A program made the position numbers and the translations under genes. The notes under the pieces were generated by a model that was not told the DNA's origin, did no database searches, and saw only the letters and a list, made by a program, of their open reading frames with translations. From Blastocystis sp. Blastoise (taxonomy: Eukaryota > Protista > Bigyra: Opalinata), in the NCBI GenBank assembly GCA_039096225.1, contig JBBPEB010000034.1:186001-250000 (forward strand): a stretch of 64,000 bases of DNA, given 5' to 3'. Positions 1-14,383 of the stretch are shown piece by piece. Each line of letters begins with the position of its first letter. Position 1 is the first letter of the stretch.

Positions 1-838
1 TATTCTTTATTTTTGTTCTTGCTATATATATATTTGATCTTCAATTTAATTGAATCAATCTATTTTTTGAATAATTATATATATATATGTATATATTGAA
101 AAGTATTTCTCAGTTTTATTTTCTAATTTATTCTCAAATCTATTCAATCAATATTTATTTGTTTTTTATATAGCTTTATATAAATATTGGATTCTTAGTA
201 TATATATTATTTTATATTAGGTTTTTATTTATTTTTATTTCGTTTTCTTTATGATATCATGTATTTTTTTTTTTTTTTTAATATTATAATTCTTTTTTGT
301 TACTTATTCCTAACGTATTTTTTATTGTAATTTTTTTAAATTATTTTTTACAATAATATCATGCGTTGTACGCTTTGCTACTAATTCTAATTGTCATATT
401 TCTTCATGATAATACAATAGTTTTCTTTTATGATTTAAATAATTGTTTTGTTTTCTTCCTATCAATGTTTGGAACTCGTTGTTGAAAGTTTTCATCAAAA
501 TACGAAATACAAAAACATCGACTCTCGTCAATTCATGAGATAGTTTCATATTTTTATAAAGACATTACTTCTTAATGTATCATATTGACAACTAAATCAA
601 TATAGTATGCTAGAAATCCGACAGTGAAGAATAATTAAGAATTTATCAAAATCCCAATAAAAAAGACTTCTCTTCATTTCATTTAAATCCCTTTGATGTG
701 ATGTAATGTATCGAATCACCATGATTCCTCGTTACTTATCATTTAGTATTACTGAAATACATAAATTCTTTTTGTTGAAAGTGTTAATTCATCTGTCAAC
801 TTGATATTTTTACTATTGATTACTATCATTAATCTTTT

Positions 839-3800
839 ATGAGTGAAGACATTAATAGAAATTCATTACAAGAAGTTAAATCAATAAATGAAGAACTTAT
901 TCCTCAAAACAAAGAAAAAAATGGTCTTTCACTTGCTTCTTTAAATTCAGCTAAGAAGAAGGCTGTTGATTTTCTTGTGTCTAAATTTAAATCGAATGAG
1001 AATCAAAATCATGATAAAAACAAGGCTATATCAACAAATGATCTTGCTATTCATCCATCACTTCTTAGTAATTATCATCCACTACGATATAGTGATGGTG
1101 GTATATCATCATATTATAATCCATTATTAACTATATTTGATCGTGAAAAACAATCTGAGTGTCTCTCCACTGACGACACTCAGTCCATTCCTTCTCCTTG
1201 TACTAATCAACTAAAAAGTATTTATATGTATTATATGGTATTATATGTATAATATATTATTAATTTATTTTCATAGGATCTTTCTCTTCTTCTTCTTCTT
1301 CTTCATCTTCTTCTTCATCTTCATCTTCATCTTCATCATCTTTTTCATCTTCTTCTTCTTCATCTTCATCATCTTCATCTCCTTCTTCTCTACTGGAGTC
1401 AGAAAATAGTAATCATTATTTTTATTCTATCATTTTCTCTCTTCTATATATACATATATATAGATGACATAACTGATATTACTACAAAAGGAACTATGAA
1501 TACTCAAAATACTACATCAAACACACTTACTAAAACTATTAATATTCCTTCCTCCGTCGATGCTATTACTTCAACATTGAACACAATTAATTCAAATAAA
1601 TTACCACAAAATATTCATATTTATACTCAACAGAATATATATAATCACGGGAATCTATATACCACCACTATACAGCCTTCAGATTCCCGTGGGAAGGGCT
1701 CATTCCTAACTCCAGAGAAAAGTACAGATTCCCCAACAGAAAAATCAGATATCTATAATTCTATCGTTAATAAAGACAAAATAATCGCGGGAGATATTGA
1801 TGATATTGAGAAAGGAGTTAAAGAGATAGATATAAATACAAAAATGGAGCCCAAGTCATTATGTGAAAAGTTTTTTAATTATTTAAGTGACCAAAAGAAG
1901 TTATTTATAATTGTTCCTTTCATTTTATTACTTCTTATTCAGGTATATATCAATTATTATGATTTATAATTCTTTATGATTATTATTATTTTCCATACTA
2001 TATTGGTTAACACAAACATTGATAGTGTATTTAATCTCGAGACACAAATATCTATAATCACGTGTTTTTAGATAATGCTCACTGTATGGATTGAGAGAGG
2101 GGGGTGCCAAGAGCCATTATTGGCTAATAATAGTACAGTCACGTGCCAATCACTTCAAGAATGTAATGATGTCATTAATTATATGAATATTTCACGTGAT
2201 ATAAGTACTGTCACGTGTGGTTATGAACATATTTGCAAGTATAGATATACATATCATATATAGATATAAATAAAGATAATGATTTTTATATGTAATATAT
2301 ATAGAAAAACATATTCCATTCTTTTTATTTTATGATTATATTATTATATATATAGATATACAAATGCAACATCTACTTGTTCTGTCGTTATGTCGATCTT
2401 CCCCGCGGGAAAACTATCTATAGATGAGATCCAAGAAGCTTTCTGGGTGGTGTTCACATATGCTGTATATATAAATAATGCTATACATATATATACTATA
2501 CATATCGTTTAATAACACTATTAAATATATATATATATATATATAGTTTAATAATGTTGACTGGATTAATTTATTAGTTAAAACTATTGTGTTATGTATT
2601 GCTGCATATTTTGTTTATAAAGAGTATATATTTATATTCCAATCATTTTATTTATTTCTTAAGCAATCTATTTTTATTATTTTAGATAGAAATATGAATA
2701 AGTTATAAGAAATTTTATGAATAATAACTGTTACATCATTATATATATATAATATTATAGGTATGGAATCTGGAAGACCTTATTGAGTCTATTCCTCTAT
2801 ATATATGGTGGTGGCATCTCTTTCCTATTATCAAATACTAAAGATGACTATCTAGCTGGATATACGTATATATAAATATTATTTTTTTTCACCTATAATA
2901 TAATATATATATGTATTCTTTTTAGACTTTACTATATATACATATATGGATTACTTCTATATAAACACATAGTTATTCTTCTATCTATTCTATAGACCAG
3001 CTATATTGGGTATCCTTTCCTTCTTATTGACCGATAATATTATTTATCCACGATCTGTATTTATTTATTACAATTATATTTCTATTTCCTTGTGATATTA
3101 CTATATATATCTTTAGAATAAGCGACAGGCAATTGCTGGAAGTGGTCTAGGTGGACTATACATCTATATCATCGCTGAATTATGCTCCAAACCTGCCAAT
3201 GGAATGCTATCTGCTAGTGTATTTATCATTATATTTATCATTATATTTATCATTATATTTACCATTATATTTATCATATATTTATTGTTATATTTATAAT
3301 ATGTTTATAATATATTTATTCTTATATTATCATTATATTATCATTATATTATCATTGTATTTATAATTATTTATCACTATTTCTTCATCATATTCTCATT
3401 ATATTATCACTATATTTTCATTATATTATCACTATATTTTCATCATATTTTCATTTTTTTTCATATTATTTATATTATGTTTATCATTAAATTTTCCTTT
3501 GCTATATCACCATTTTCTATTTTTATAATAAACCTGAAACTCTTTTTATTTGTTATATACTTCTATGTTAACATTTATTATCGTTATAATCCCTTTGTAT
3601 TCATCTCAATACTCTCTATATATAGTTAGGAAGTAGTATAATTGGTATTTTATATCAATTATGTATATTGTCACCCAATCATAAACGTCCTATATGCAAG
3701 CCTTTACGACCCAAATGGTATATAATTTCATATATATACATAGTTTTATAGAATATTGTTATTTTTATATGCTAAGAAAATTATGTTATATATATATATA

Positions 3801-3897
3801 TAGGTCTTTCGTATTATGCAAAGTATTAGGTCTTGTGTTAGTTACTTTATTCTTATTTATACCTTTTATATATTATATATTCAGATTTGTAGTATAA
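839..3897 (+). CDS. Multi-exon polytopic membrane protein, rhomboid-like and probably a catalytically inactive pseudoprotease; long Ser/Thr-rich N-terminus
   Basis: GT-AG splicing joins ORFs 839, 1496 and 2075 to later exons, giving ...FWVVFTYAFNNVDWINLL...KYGIWKTLLSLFLYIYGGGISFLL...GYTPAILGILSFLL..., ending TAA at 3897. Helix order resembles the rhomboid fold, but the GxS and catalytic His are absent. Family call is by eye. Confidence 0.5.
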
Positions 3898-6039
3898 AAT
3901 GAATAGATTATCAATTTTTATTTGTATGTTTTTTATTTATAATTTAATAATTCGTGTTTATTTTTAAACGATTCACTACTTGACAAATTTAATATTACTG
4001 AATCTTTAAATACAAAGAAAAAGCTATAAAAATAGATTTGATCTGAAAAGTCATCTGAAAGACACTATTTCTCCATGGCAACACATTGTTTTATTTATCA
4101 TATTGTTTCGTTTTTATTGAGCTAATAGATTAGCACATATACGAAAATCATAATTGATTTTATTCAATGATTCATATCAGATTCAATAAAATTCTTGCAT
4201 AATACTCGTATTGAATATTGTGAATAGAAATCAATGTTTATATTAACAATGGTACAAAAAATAAAAAAGAAAAGAAAAACGAAACTTTGAAAAAAAAATA
4301 CTTTATAAAATTTTATTTTTATTTGAATTGTTCACTTTCAGGCAATAACTATTCTGAAAAAATATATTTATATGCTTGTTATGATTTAATTTTTAAATAA
4401 CGCATGTACAAAGTCAATTCTATCATTTATTTTGACTATTTATGCGAGATTGTCTTTGATCAATCTTGAATTAAATAAATACATATGATTATGGCATTTA
4501 AATAGTATAATGATTCATAAAAAATAACACAAAACGTAAAACATAATATCATTGATACTGTACATGAAAATACTATCTTTATATATACTATACTTCATTT
4601 ATATATGTGTAGGTTCTTGTGTATATTGTATACGTTCATGTTATAGTTAGAATATTTGCTTAGAAGCCGAAATCTTGTTTTAGTAAAACGAAATGATTTT
4701 CCTAGAAAAAATGTCGCTTTAGTAAAAAAAATGCTTTTTGGGTCCTTTTTTTAATATCATTTTTATGAGATATACTCTGTTAATGAGTCCGTCCTGCTCT
4801 CATATGATGTAATTTAAGTAGATAAACATATATATACAAACAAAATTACAAAATTCTTTATATTTGTGTAGATCAAAGAAAACGATATCCATCACTTTTT
4901 TATGGGAAAATTTTATTATATTATTTTCATTCAGATATCTAGCCATAATTAAGATGACTGAACGTAAAAATTATATAAATTGTTATAATGATCTATTATT
5001 AGTGTCTATGCAAAATTTCAACACAAATGAAATGATCTATGATAACAAATTTGTCTGTCAATCATGTATGTAGAAAAATCGAATTTGAATATAAATGTTA
5101 TCTAAACAAATAGAGTGTCTATATTAAGTGTAAAATACGAATTTTGAGCATTACATGAGATGTAAAACTCGTGGCAAAATGAAGATGAACATTTCAAGTC
5201 TCACTTGCTCTTTTGAGAAATTTTTAATATATATGCATAGATTAATACCAGGCAACTTATTTATTATATTAGTGATATCTATCAATAACCAAACAACAAT
5301 TATTGAAGAGGTTTTTGCATGAAAATACATCATTTTTAGAGTTTTTAGGGATTGTTTCCGATATAGATAACACAAACTAATCATCAAAAAGTTGTTGTAT
5401 ATTAATTATATATATTGTAAACACCATCTTTATTATCCTTTGACATTTTATAAGAGATTCAACTAAAAGAACAATTATTAAAATTGCTATTATTAAAACT
5501 TGATTTTCACAGATTATATATAAAATTATGAGTATATTATGTTGCACGTATCTAAGAATTAATTTAAAGAAGATTTGATATTGTCATAAAAAATGAATCA
5601 TATCTTCTCGAAGATGTTTCGATGAGTCTCAATTGATACAATTATACATATACATTGTCGTTATAGTTATATTGTACAAATATCTTGTTGTATATTCTTT
5701 TATAAGTCCATCCAATTTCCCATTTTTTGTGGGGTATCTTACCGAATATAATTTTCTCTAAACTCATTTCATATACGAATAGAACATCGAAAAATTGTTT
5801 TTTACTTATATTTGGACACATAATGCTGTGTTTGCAAACCGAATTTTGAGAGTGACCAAAATACTAAAAAGTCTTGAAATTCTGGCTATACTATATAGAC
5901 ATATTATATTTCAAATCTAACAAGATTTGTCACTCCAACTCACAATATTCTATGAGATATAAGTAATTGAAATAATACTAAAATTGAAATGAAGAAGACA
6001 AATAAAGCCTTTTCAGCCGAATGTGAAATAATGCAAGAA

Positions 6040-6190
6040 ATAGACCAATCACAATATGGATCATAATTATTTTAAAAAATTGATTGGTCAATTTATTCTA
6101 GAGCACTTCCGAATTTGGAATAACATTTATTCAAGGGAGACAAAACAAAAATCGGTTTGAGTGAATCGAAGCATTCTATTGGTTTGAGTA
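6040..6190 (+). promoter_or_regulatory. CCAAT-box cluster upstream of histone H1
   Basis: GACCAATCA (~6043), GATTGGTC (~6082) and TATTGGTT (~6178) within 250 bp of the H1 ATG. Confidence 0.4.
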
Positions 6191-6283
6191 TTTGAATGTT
6201 TTTGAAGCCGCCATCAGAAATAGAAGGTACTTTTTTGCAGATTTTTTTTTTATTTATTAAGTTAACTAGCTAGTTTATTCATT

Positions 6284-6868
6284 ATGACTGAAGTTGTTGT
6301 TGAAAAGAAGGTTAAGACCCCTTATGGTAAATACGTTAGAGAAGCTGTTGAAGCTCTTAAGAGTCCCAAGGGTGCTTCTGTTATGGCCATTGAAAAGTAC
6401 TTAAAGGAAAAGTATCCTGAAGTTGAATTCAAGCATATTCTCATTAGACTTGCCATTAAGGCTGCTATTAAGAGTGGTGATATCACTAGTGCTAGATTCC
6501 ATGCTAACTCTTACAAACTTGTTAAGAAGGCTTCTCCTAAGAAGGAAAAGAAGGCCTCTCCTAAGAAGGCTGCTAAGAAAGTAACCAAGAAGTCTGAAAA
6601 GAAAACTGAAAAAAAGACCACTAAGAAGGTAACTAAGAAGGCAGAAAAACCTGAAAAGAAGGAAGAAGATAAGAAAGAAGAAAAGAAAGCTGCTCCTAAG
6701 AAGGAAAAGAAGGTAGCTACTCCTAAGAAGGCTGCTAAGAAAGCTGAAAAGAAGACTGTTACCCCTAAGAAGGCTTCTCCTAAATCCCCCAAGAAGGCTG
6801 AAAAGAAGACTGCTACTCCTAAGAAAGTAACTAAGTCTCCTAAGAAGGCTGCTACTCCTAAAAACTAA
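6284..6868 (+). CDS. H1: Linker histone H1, intronless
   Basis: Winged-helix globular domain (PYGKYVREAVEALKSPKGASVMAIEKYL...SYKL) followed by a Lys/Ala/Pro-rich tail with many S/TPKK CDK motifs. Confidence 0.93.
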   Translation: MTEVVVEKKVKTPYGKYVREAVEALKSPKGASVMAIEKYLKEKYPEVEFKHILIRLAIKAAIKSGDITSARFHANSYKLVKKASPKKEKKASPKKAAKKVTKKSEKKTEKKTTKKVTKKAEKPEKKEEDKKEEKKAAPKKEKKVATPKKAAKKAEKKTVTPKKASPKSPKKAEKKTATPKKVTKSPKKAATPKN

Positions 6869-7216
6869 ATTTTATTTTAGGTTGCTTAAAGACTTTTCCT
6901 CTTTTTCACTTTTTATATAAGTTTCTATGTAATACTGTTTACATTATAAAACATTATGATAACTTGGTTTTGTTTACAGTTTTTATATTAAATATATATA
7001 CATATAGCTTTTTGAAATATAAATATATATTTTTTATAACATGCGTAAAAAATAAATTATAAATTATCATATGAATAATAATATATATATATATATATAA
7101 TCATATTTATCACAATAATTTTTAATAAAAAAAAAAATACATATTAATAACAAATAAAATAAAATAATATATATCAAAAAAAAATAATAATAATAATAAT
7201 ATTTCTTCAAGAATGT

Positions 7217-7232
7217 GGTGTTAAAAAACACC
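7217..7232 (-). promoter_or_regulatory. Histone 3' stem-loop (H4 copy 1)
   Basis: Minus strand GGTGTT-TTTT-AACACC followed by ACATTCTTGAAGAAA. Confidence 0.85.
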
Positions 7233-7322
7233 TGAGAAAGAAAATATATATATATAATCATATATATATATATATTATAAAAAAAAAAAATTATATAAAA
7301 AAATTTTTAAATAAAATTAGAT

Positions 7323-7634
7323 TTAAAATCCAAAACCATAAAGAGTTCTACCTTGTCTCTTAAGAGCAAGAACGATATCAGAAGCAGTAACAGTTCTTCT
7401 TTTAGCATGTTCAGTATAAGTAACAGCATCACGAATAATAGATTCAAGGAAGACTTTAATAACAGTACGGGTTTCTTCATAAATTAAACCAGAAATACGT
7501 TTAACACCACCTCTACGAGCAAGACGACGAATAGCAGGTTTAGTAATACCTAAAATGGTATCACGCATAACTTTACGATGTCTCTTAGCACCACCTTTAC
7601 CTAATCCTTTACCACCTTTACCACGGCCAGACAT
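7323..7634 (-). CDS. H4: Histone H4, intronless
   Basis: [21 protein letters not shown]...TLYGFGF, 103 aa. Confidence 0.99.
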
Positions 7635-7968
7635 TTTTCTTTAAATATATTATTAATAAATAAATAAATAAAAATTATTTATATAAATATAAATTATTTA
7701 TTGTTTATATTCTATATTCTTTTTCAAAAAACTATATCAACACCATTTCTTCATTCTCTTTCTTCCTATATATATAGGTAGTATTATCCTTCTTTATAAT
7801 ATAAAATAATCAAGATTACTTTATAAAAACAAAAGTCAAATTATATAATTATAAGATAAATAATTGGTTAATATAATTGATTTTAATAAATATTTGATAA
7901 TTATCCAATAAAATAGAGATTGAATGAAAGAAATGGATTTTGTTTAAAAATAGAATAATAATTGAGAA

Positions 7969-7980
7969 TTGGCGGGTAAT
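7969..7980. promoter_or_regulatory. E2F-like site in the bidirectional H3/H4 promoter (duplicated at ~13632-13643)
   Basis: TTGGCGGGTAAT stands out as GC-rich in an otherwise AT-rich intergenic region; it is one mismatch from GGCGGGAAA. Confidence 0.35.
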
Positions 7981-8156
7981 TGAGTCGATAATCTTGGTTT
8001 AATATATATAATTGTGGATAAATAGAGAATAAATAATGGGAAAGTGATAAAAATGAAGAAAAGAATAAGAATTGAAAAGAAAGAGGATAATAAGAATTGA
8101 ATAAAATTAAATATTTATTTAAATAGATTAATAAATAAATTAATAGATAATAATAA

Positions 8157-8567
<411 letters not shown>

Positions 8568-8585
8568 ATTATTTAATTTATTTTT

Positions 8586-8617
<32 letters not shown>

Positions 8618-8771
8618 TTAATAATTTAAATTATTTTTATTTATCATTTATTTGTGATTTCTAATTTTTTTTTTTTAAATATTATGGAATTATTATGTTT
8701 AAAATAATATATTTTTTTTTTAAACTAAAATCCATATATATATATTTTTTATATATAATAATTTATTATCA

Positions 8772-8787
8772 GGTGTTTTTTAACACC
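8772..8787 (+). promoter_or_regulatory. Histone 3' stem-loop (H3 copy 1)
   Basis: GGTGTT-TTTT-AACACC followed by ACATTTTTTGAAGAAA, ~205 nt after the stop. Confidence 0.85.
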
Positions 8788-8854
8788 ACATTTTTTGAAG
8801 AAAAATTTATTATTAGCGATAACTTATGTAATTAGTGATTTGGCTATTTAGCCT

Positions 8855-9678
8855 TTACTTGTTAAGTCTCTGGTATATTCTTTCTATTAAACCTATGTAT
8901 ATATAGAATAATAAATTTACGTCAAACCTTTGAATTCACTATCATTTTGGAACCGAAGAATGTATGTATCTATTTCTTCGTCTGTAACTTCGCTTAGTGG
9001 AGCTACTGTTTTATCTACTATAACATTGAAGAATATAGATACATTCATTAATTTACGTGTTTCATCGTCATTTTTGATTTCTAGAACGCTAATCAGATTT
9101 GTTATTGATTTTGTAGATGCAATAAACTCATTATCTTTAACTATATTTACATATACTGAAACATCTTGAAGTATCCTTGAAGGTATTTGTTGAATGATAA
9201 TTATATTTGGAACAATTAATTGAAATCCTATTTCATAGTATATTATTTTATATAATTATACCTTTTTTATATAGTAATTTAACTAGCTGCAAACAATCCA
9301 TACTGTTCATAAACTTGATAATGATACATATCTTTCTTTCAGTCTATGAATTCACTCAAAATCAAATTTTATTTACATTATCAAACATTAATTGCGTATT
9401 TGAAATACTAAGCTCTACTGTTGAATTAACTATATGATATATATGTGGGCAAAAATAGACTTACCTTCTGAAGAAAAACAATAATTAACCTATATAATTA
9501 TTAATAATAAATATATAGTTACTTTTATGTTACATTGATTGCTGATTACATAATTTTCTACAACGAATAGATCATTAGAGTTTTCAAATAGAATGCATTC
9601 GTTAGATTTATTATCCTTCAACCATTCTTGGTTTTCCGATTTTAAGAAAATTTGTACTTTCCAAATATAACCTAACAT
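8855..9678 (-). CDS. Six-exon ~210 aa protein, candidate REC114/PHS1-like meiotic DSB factor
   Basis: All GT-AG junctions keep frame: MLGYIWKVQIFLKSENQEW...RKICIIIKFMNSMDCLQLVKLLYKKG...EEIDTYILRFQNDSEFKGLIERIYQRLNK*. The gene model is well supported; the family assignment is inference. Confidence 0.55.
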
Positions 9679-10005
9679 ATTATATTCATTTCAGTATATA
9701 ATTCTAACATAATAAGAAGGATCATTTTATCATTGATCCTTTTCATTTGTTTGTATCCTTTTGGGATTCAAAACACAAATACTATAAACAGTGATGTTCT
9801 CATGATATTGAATATTTACGATGATTGGTAGCCGTTAATTATTGAAGGATGATGACGCTAACCAATGAACATCTTCTTTATGAAAATTGGAACGCATGGC
9901 AAACGAAGAAAAAATTATGTTTTTTGTTGGAATACATATTTAATTTATATCCCAATAATTCGAGATATCTATCAATATCTTAATCAAACAAAAAGATTTA
10001 AATAG

Positions 10006-12071
10006 ATGGAAATCAATACATGTAACTGCCCTTTGACTTGTATGTCATCGGATCTTATTTCAAATCAATTGTGTTTCAGCACAAGTATTTACATTTTTAT
10101 ATCATTCAACTTAACATTTAAGACTCACCTGCTGTTTATGGGTCTCAATCACCATCAGACTCATCAAAAGTAATTCCCTTTTTCCATCATTCACTTAGTA
10201 TTTGCTATAGTTTCCTGTAACTGAGTTATATCAATCGGTCAACTCATTGACAGCTAGTCCTACGAATGTTACTATGCCCCTTCAGTTGACATTTGAGCTT
10301 TCGGATAATCATACTGTTCCCTCATTATTTCTTCCTCCATCAGCAGATATGGTTCGAAATGTTCAGAATGATTGTGATATTAGCAATTCACGTAGAATGA
10401 GTTACAAGGATGCTAATAACACATCATCGGAAGTTTATTGTTCTTCGAATCACATGTATCCCGATGATCCTTCATTATTTTGTCGTACGTCGATCAAAAC
10501 ATTAATTATATTTCATTGTCATTTATATCTTGTAATATATAGTATCTCTTTCTGGTCAAGATAACAATGATAATACAGAGAATCAATCAAATGTGGTTTC
10601 TTGTCCAATCCTTTCCGAGGATGATAAAAACGATCCAGTTGTTTATTTAATGAATAATGAGACAAAAATTGATGGTGAATTCTCTGAAGATCCCAATAAA
10701 AATAATAATGAATTTCAGCAATGGGATTTTTTTAATAGTAGTTTATGTAATATATGTATGCCTGTGTGTTCTTATGATATGTATAATAATGTTGAGAAAG
10801 ATAATTCTCAAAATAAACAGTGTAATTCTGATATAGTTGTTAGTCTTATTTCTCCTCCTTCAGATCCTTCTACAGATCTTGATCTTACTGTATATGAAAA
10901 AGAAAATAAAAATAATAAAGGTCCATTTTTTAATGAAGATCTTATACATTCTCCTTTTCAATCCTTTTCTTTTCCTAAAAGTCCTTCAACACCGTTAATT
11001 GAGTCTTCTTTTGACAATGGTGACCTCTCTGATGGTATACCTAATTTTCAAGAGATCTCGTTTGAAGAGACTTTCGTTGATATAAATAATATTTCTAATA
11101 TGTGTTCTTCATCACCACATATTCAGGAAACAAATGATATTTCTATTTCTCTTCCTCTTGCTGATCCTCTTTATGATGATCTTTGTAATACTCTGCCTTG
11201 CTCTATTCAAATTCCTGAACTTTCCATCGATTTTATCCCACAAGATATAATCGATATGAATTCTTGTAATTCATCAAATAACTTGTTCATTCCTGAATCT
11301 ATATATACAAACAATATTCATGATAATAACCAAATGACACATGAACATGATAGTGTATATATCATTTAATTTTTTTAGTATTATAATCATTTTGAATAAT
11401 CTATTCTTATTTTTGTTCAATTATATATATATAATGTTTTACTATTTTTTTTATAGTCTGTTTCTTCTTCTACCTGTCTATATTCTTCGAACACGCGTGT
11501 TCTTCCACTCTCAAAGAATATTGTTAAACATTCTATTGCTGACTTATTGAATCCTGATATACTTCTGGAACAACATAAAATCAATATTTCAAATCAAAAT
11601 ATTTTACCTACTGACTCCACTAATTCTCGTATATAATTATATTTTATTCATTTTCATTAGTATACTTAATTAGAATTTCGTTTATTATATTAGTCTCTGT
11701 TTCATATTTTTATATTTCTTTTCTTTAGAATCATTATCTCAAGTCTCTGTTCCTATTATTGATATAAAATCGTTAGATAACAATAAAAATTCTTCTTATT
11801 CTGTTCAAAGATATGATCAAAACTCATCTAAGTATATTATTATTAACCAAAATGTTTATATATATATATAGTTTCACTCTTGCTCCTGTTGATGTAACCC
11901 CTTATTCTTATGGATATATAAACTCAAATAATGATATTAATCTAAACACAGTATCCAATGAAAACCATAATAACATAAATTTATATAATAATAATTCTGT
12001 CAACAATTATAATAATAACTCATTTCCACCTCCTAGTCTTCTCCCTATGTTCCCTGTATATATATAGATAA

Positions 12072-12133
<62 letters not shown>

Positions 12134-12710
12134 GACTCTTCCTAGATCTCACACCCGTTCTCGACGAAAGGAAGATAGAGAATGTGCTATTTGTCATACA
12201 CGGGAAACACCTAAATGGAGACGTTCTCCTCCTCCAGAAAGACTTGTGTATATATCTATTTCTATATATATATATATATATATATCCAAAAATAGTATGT
12301 GTTTTAAATACTTTTCTTACTGTATTTTTATGTCTTGTATAGTTTATGTAATGCTTGTGGTTTACAATTGACTAAAGAATGTTTAAAGGGACGATTTAAA
12401 ATGTCTCCTTTAGAAGAATGTCAAGTAAACATATAAATCCATTTTTTATATTCTCTTATATATAAAGGGTGAATTATGTAGAAGAGATCGCGCCTTAGGA
12501 AAAGGAATCAAACGACGTTTATTTAATAGGAATATCCTTTGTAAATCATGCTATATTTATATATATTTATTTTAGATTTATATATATTGCCATTATTTTC
12601 TTAATTATACATGACTAAGATTATGTTATTATTGCAACCGATATCGTAGACAAAATGGTGTACCTAATTCTATAATACGTAACAATTCCTATGAACAAAT
12701 ACCTTATTAA
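10006..12710 (+). CDS. GATA-type zinc-finger transcription factor (one canonical and one degenerate finger)
   Basis: Spliced CAICHTRETPKWRRSPPPERLVLCNACG (C-x2-C-x19-C-x2-C), then CQGELC...RIRLCYYCNRYRRQNG after an AT-AC intron. Long acidic/Ser-rich N-terminus from ORFs 10247 and 10593. Confidence 0.85.
12532..12615 (+). other. U12-type AT-AC intron
   Basis: 5' ATATCCTTT, branch site TTTCTTAAT at ~12597-12605, 3' GAC. Removal restores the frame to LCYYC. Confidence 0.85.
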
Positions 12711-12828
12711 ATCATATTATTGTATTATTATTCTCTATAACTAGTTGTATTATATCTACTTTGTTTTCGTTTCTATGTTATAATAAGGTATTTCTTGTTT
12801 AGTAATAAATTTTTCTTCAAAGAAATGT

Positions 12829-12844
12829 GGTGTTAAAAAACACC
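12829..12844 (-). promoter_or_regulatory. Histone 3' stem-loop (H3 copy 2)
   Basis: Minus strand GGTGTT-TTTT-AACACC followed by ACATTTCTTTGAAGAAA. Confidence 0.85.
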
Positions 12845-12994
12845 TGATAATAAATTATTAATATAAAAAAATATATATATGGATTTTAGTTTAAAAAAAA
12901 AATATTATTTTAAGCATAATAATTCCATAATATTAAAAAAAAGAAAATTAGAAATCACAAATAAATGATAAATAAAAATAATTTAAATTATTAA

Positions 12995-13026
<32 letters not shown>

Positions 13027-13044
13027 AAAAATAAATTAAATAAT

Positions 13045-13455
<411 letters not shown>

Positions 13456-13977
13456 TTATTATTATCTATTAATTTATTTATTAATCTATTTAAATAAATA
13501 TTTAATTTTATTCAATTCTTATTATCCTCTTTCTTTTCAATTCTTATTCTTTTCTTCATTTTTATCACTTTCCCATTATTTATTCTCTATTTATCCACAA
13601 TTATATATATTAAACCAAGATTATCGACTCAATTACCCGCCAATTCTCAATTATTATTCTATTTTTAAACAAAATCCATTTCTTTCATTCAATCTCTATT
13701 TTATTGGATAATTATCAAATATTTATTAAAATCAATTATATTAACCAATTATTTATCTTATAATTATATAATTTGACTTTTGTTTTTATAAAGTAATCTT
13801 GATTATTTTATATTATAAAGAAGGATAATACTACCTATATATATAGGAAGAAAGAGAATGAAGAAATGGTGTTGATATAGTTTTTTGAAAAAGAATATAG
13901 AATATAAACAATAAATAATTTATATTTATATAAATAATTTTTATTTATTTATTTATTAATAATATATTTAAAGAAAA

Positions 13978-14289
13978 ATGTCTGGCCGTGGTAAAGGTGG
14001 TAAAGGATTAGGTAAAGGTGGTGCTAAGAGACATCGTAAAGTTATGCGTGATACCATTTTAGGTATTACTAAACCTGCTATTCGTCGTCTTGCTCGTAGA
14101 GGTGGTGTTAAACGTATTTCTGGTTTAATTTATGAAGAAACCCGTACTGTTATTAAAGTCTTCCTTGAATCTATTATTCGTGATGCTGTTACTTATACTG
14201 AACATGCTAAAAGAAGAACTGTTACTGCTTCTGATATCGTTCTTGCTCTTAAGAGACAAGGTAGAACTCTTTATGGTTTTGGATTTTAA
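13978..14289 (+). CDS. H4: Histone H4 (second copy, identical protein)
   Basis: ORF translation identical to 7323-7634. Confidence 0.99.
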
Positions 14290-14383
14290 ATCTAATTTTA
14301 TTTTTAAAAAAATTTTTTTATATAATTTTTTTTTTTTATAATATATATATATATATGATTATATATATATATTTTCTTTCTCA

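Noticed and set aside
3009-3020. GTATCCTTT as a U12 GT-AG donor
   Set aside because: Lies within an exon that reads through in frame (ILGILSFLL) to a normal GT donor at ~3057.
4864-5387. Short ORFs in the intergenic region before H1
   Set aside because: No recognisable motifs or consistent splice structure; could be decayed fragments but unsupported.
6511-6792. Antisense ORF over H1 (and similar ones over U2AF65, the KH gene and the giant gene)
   Set aside because: Shadow frames produced by biased codon usage on the coding strand.
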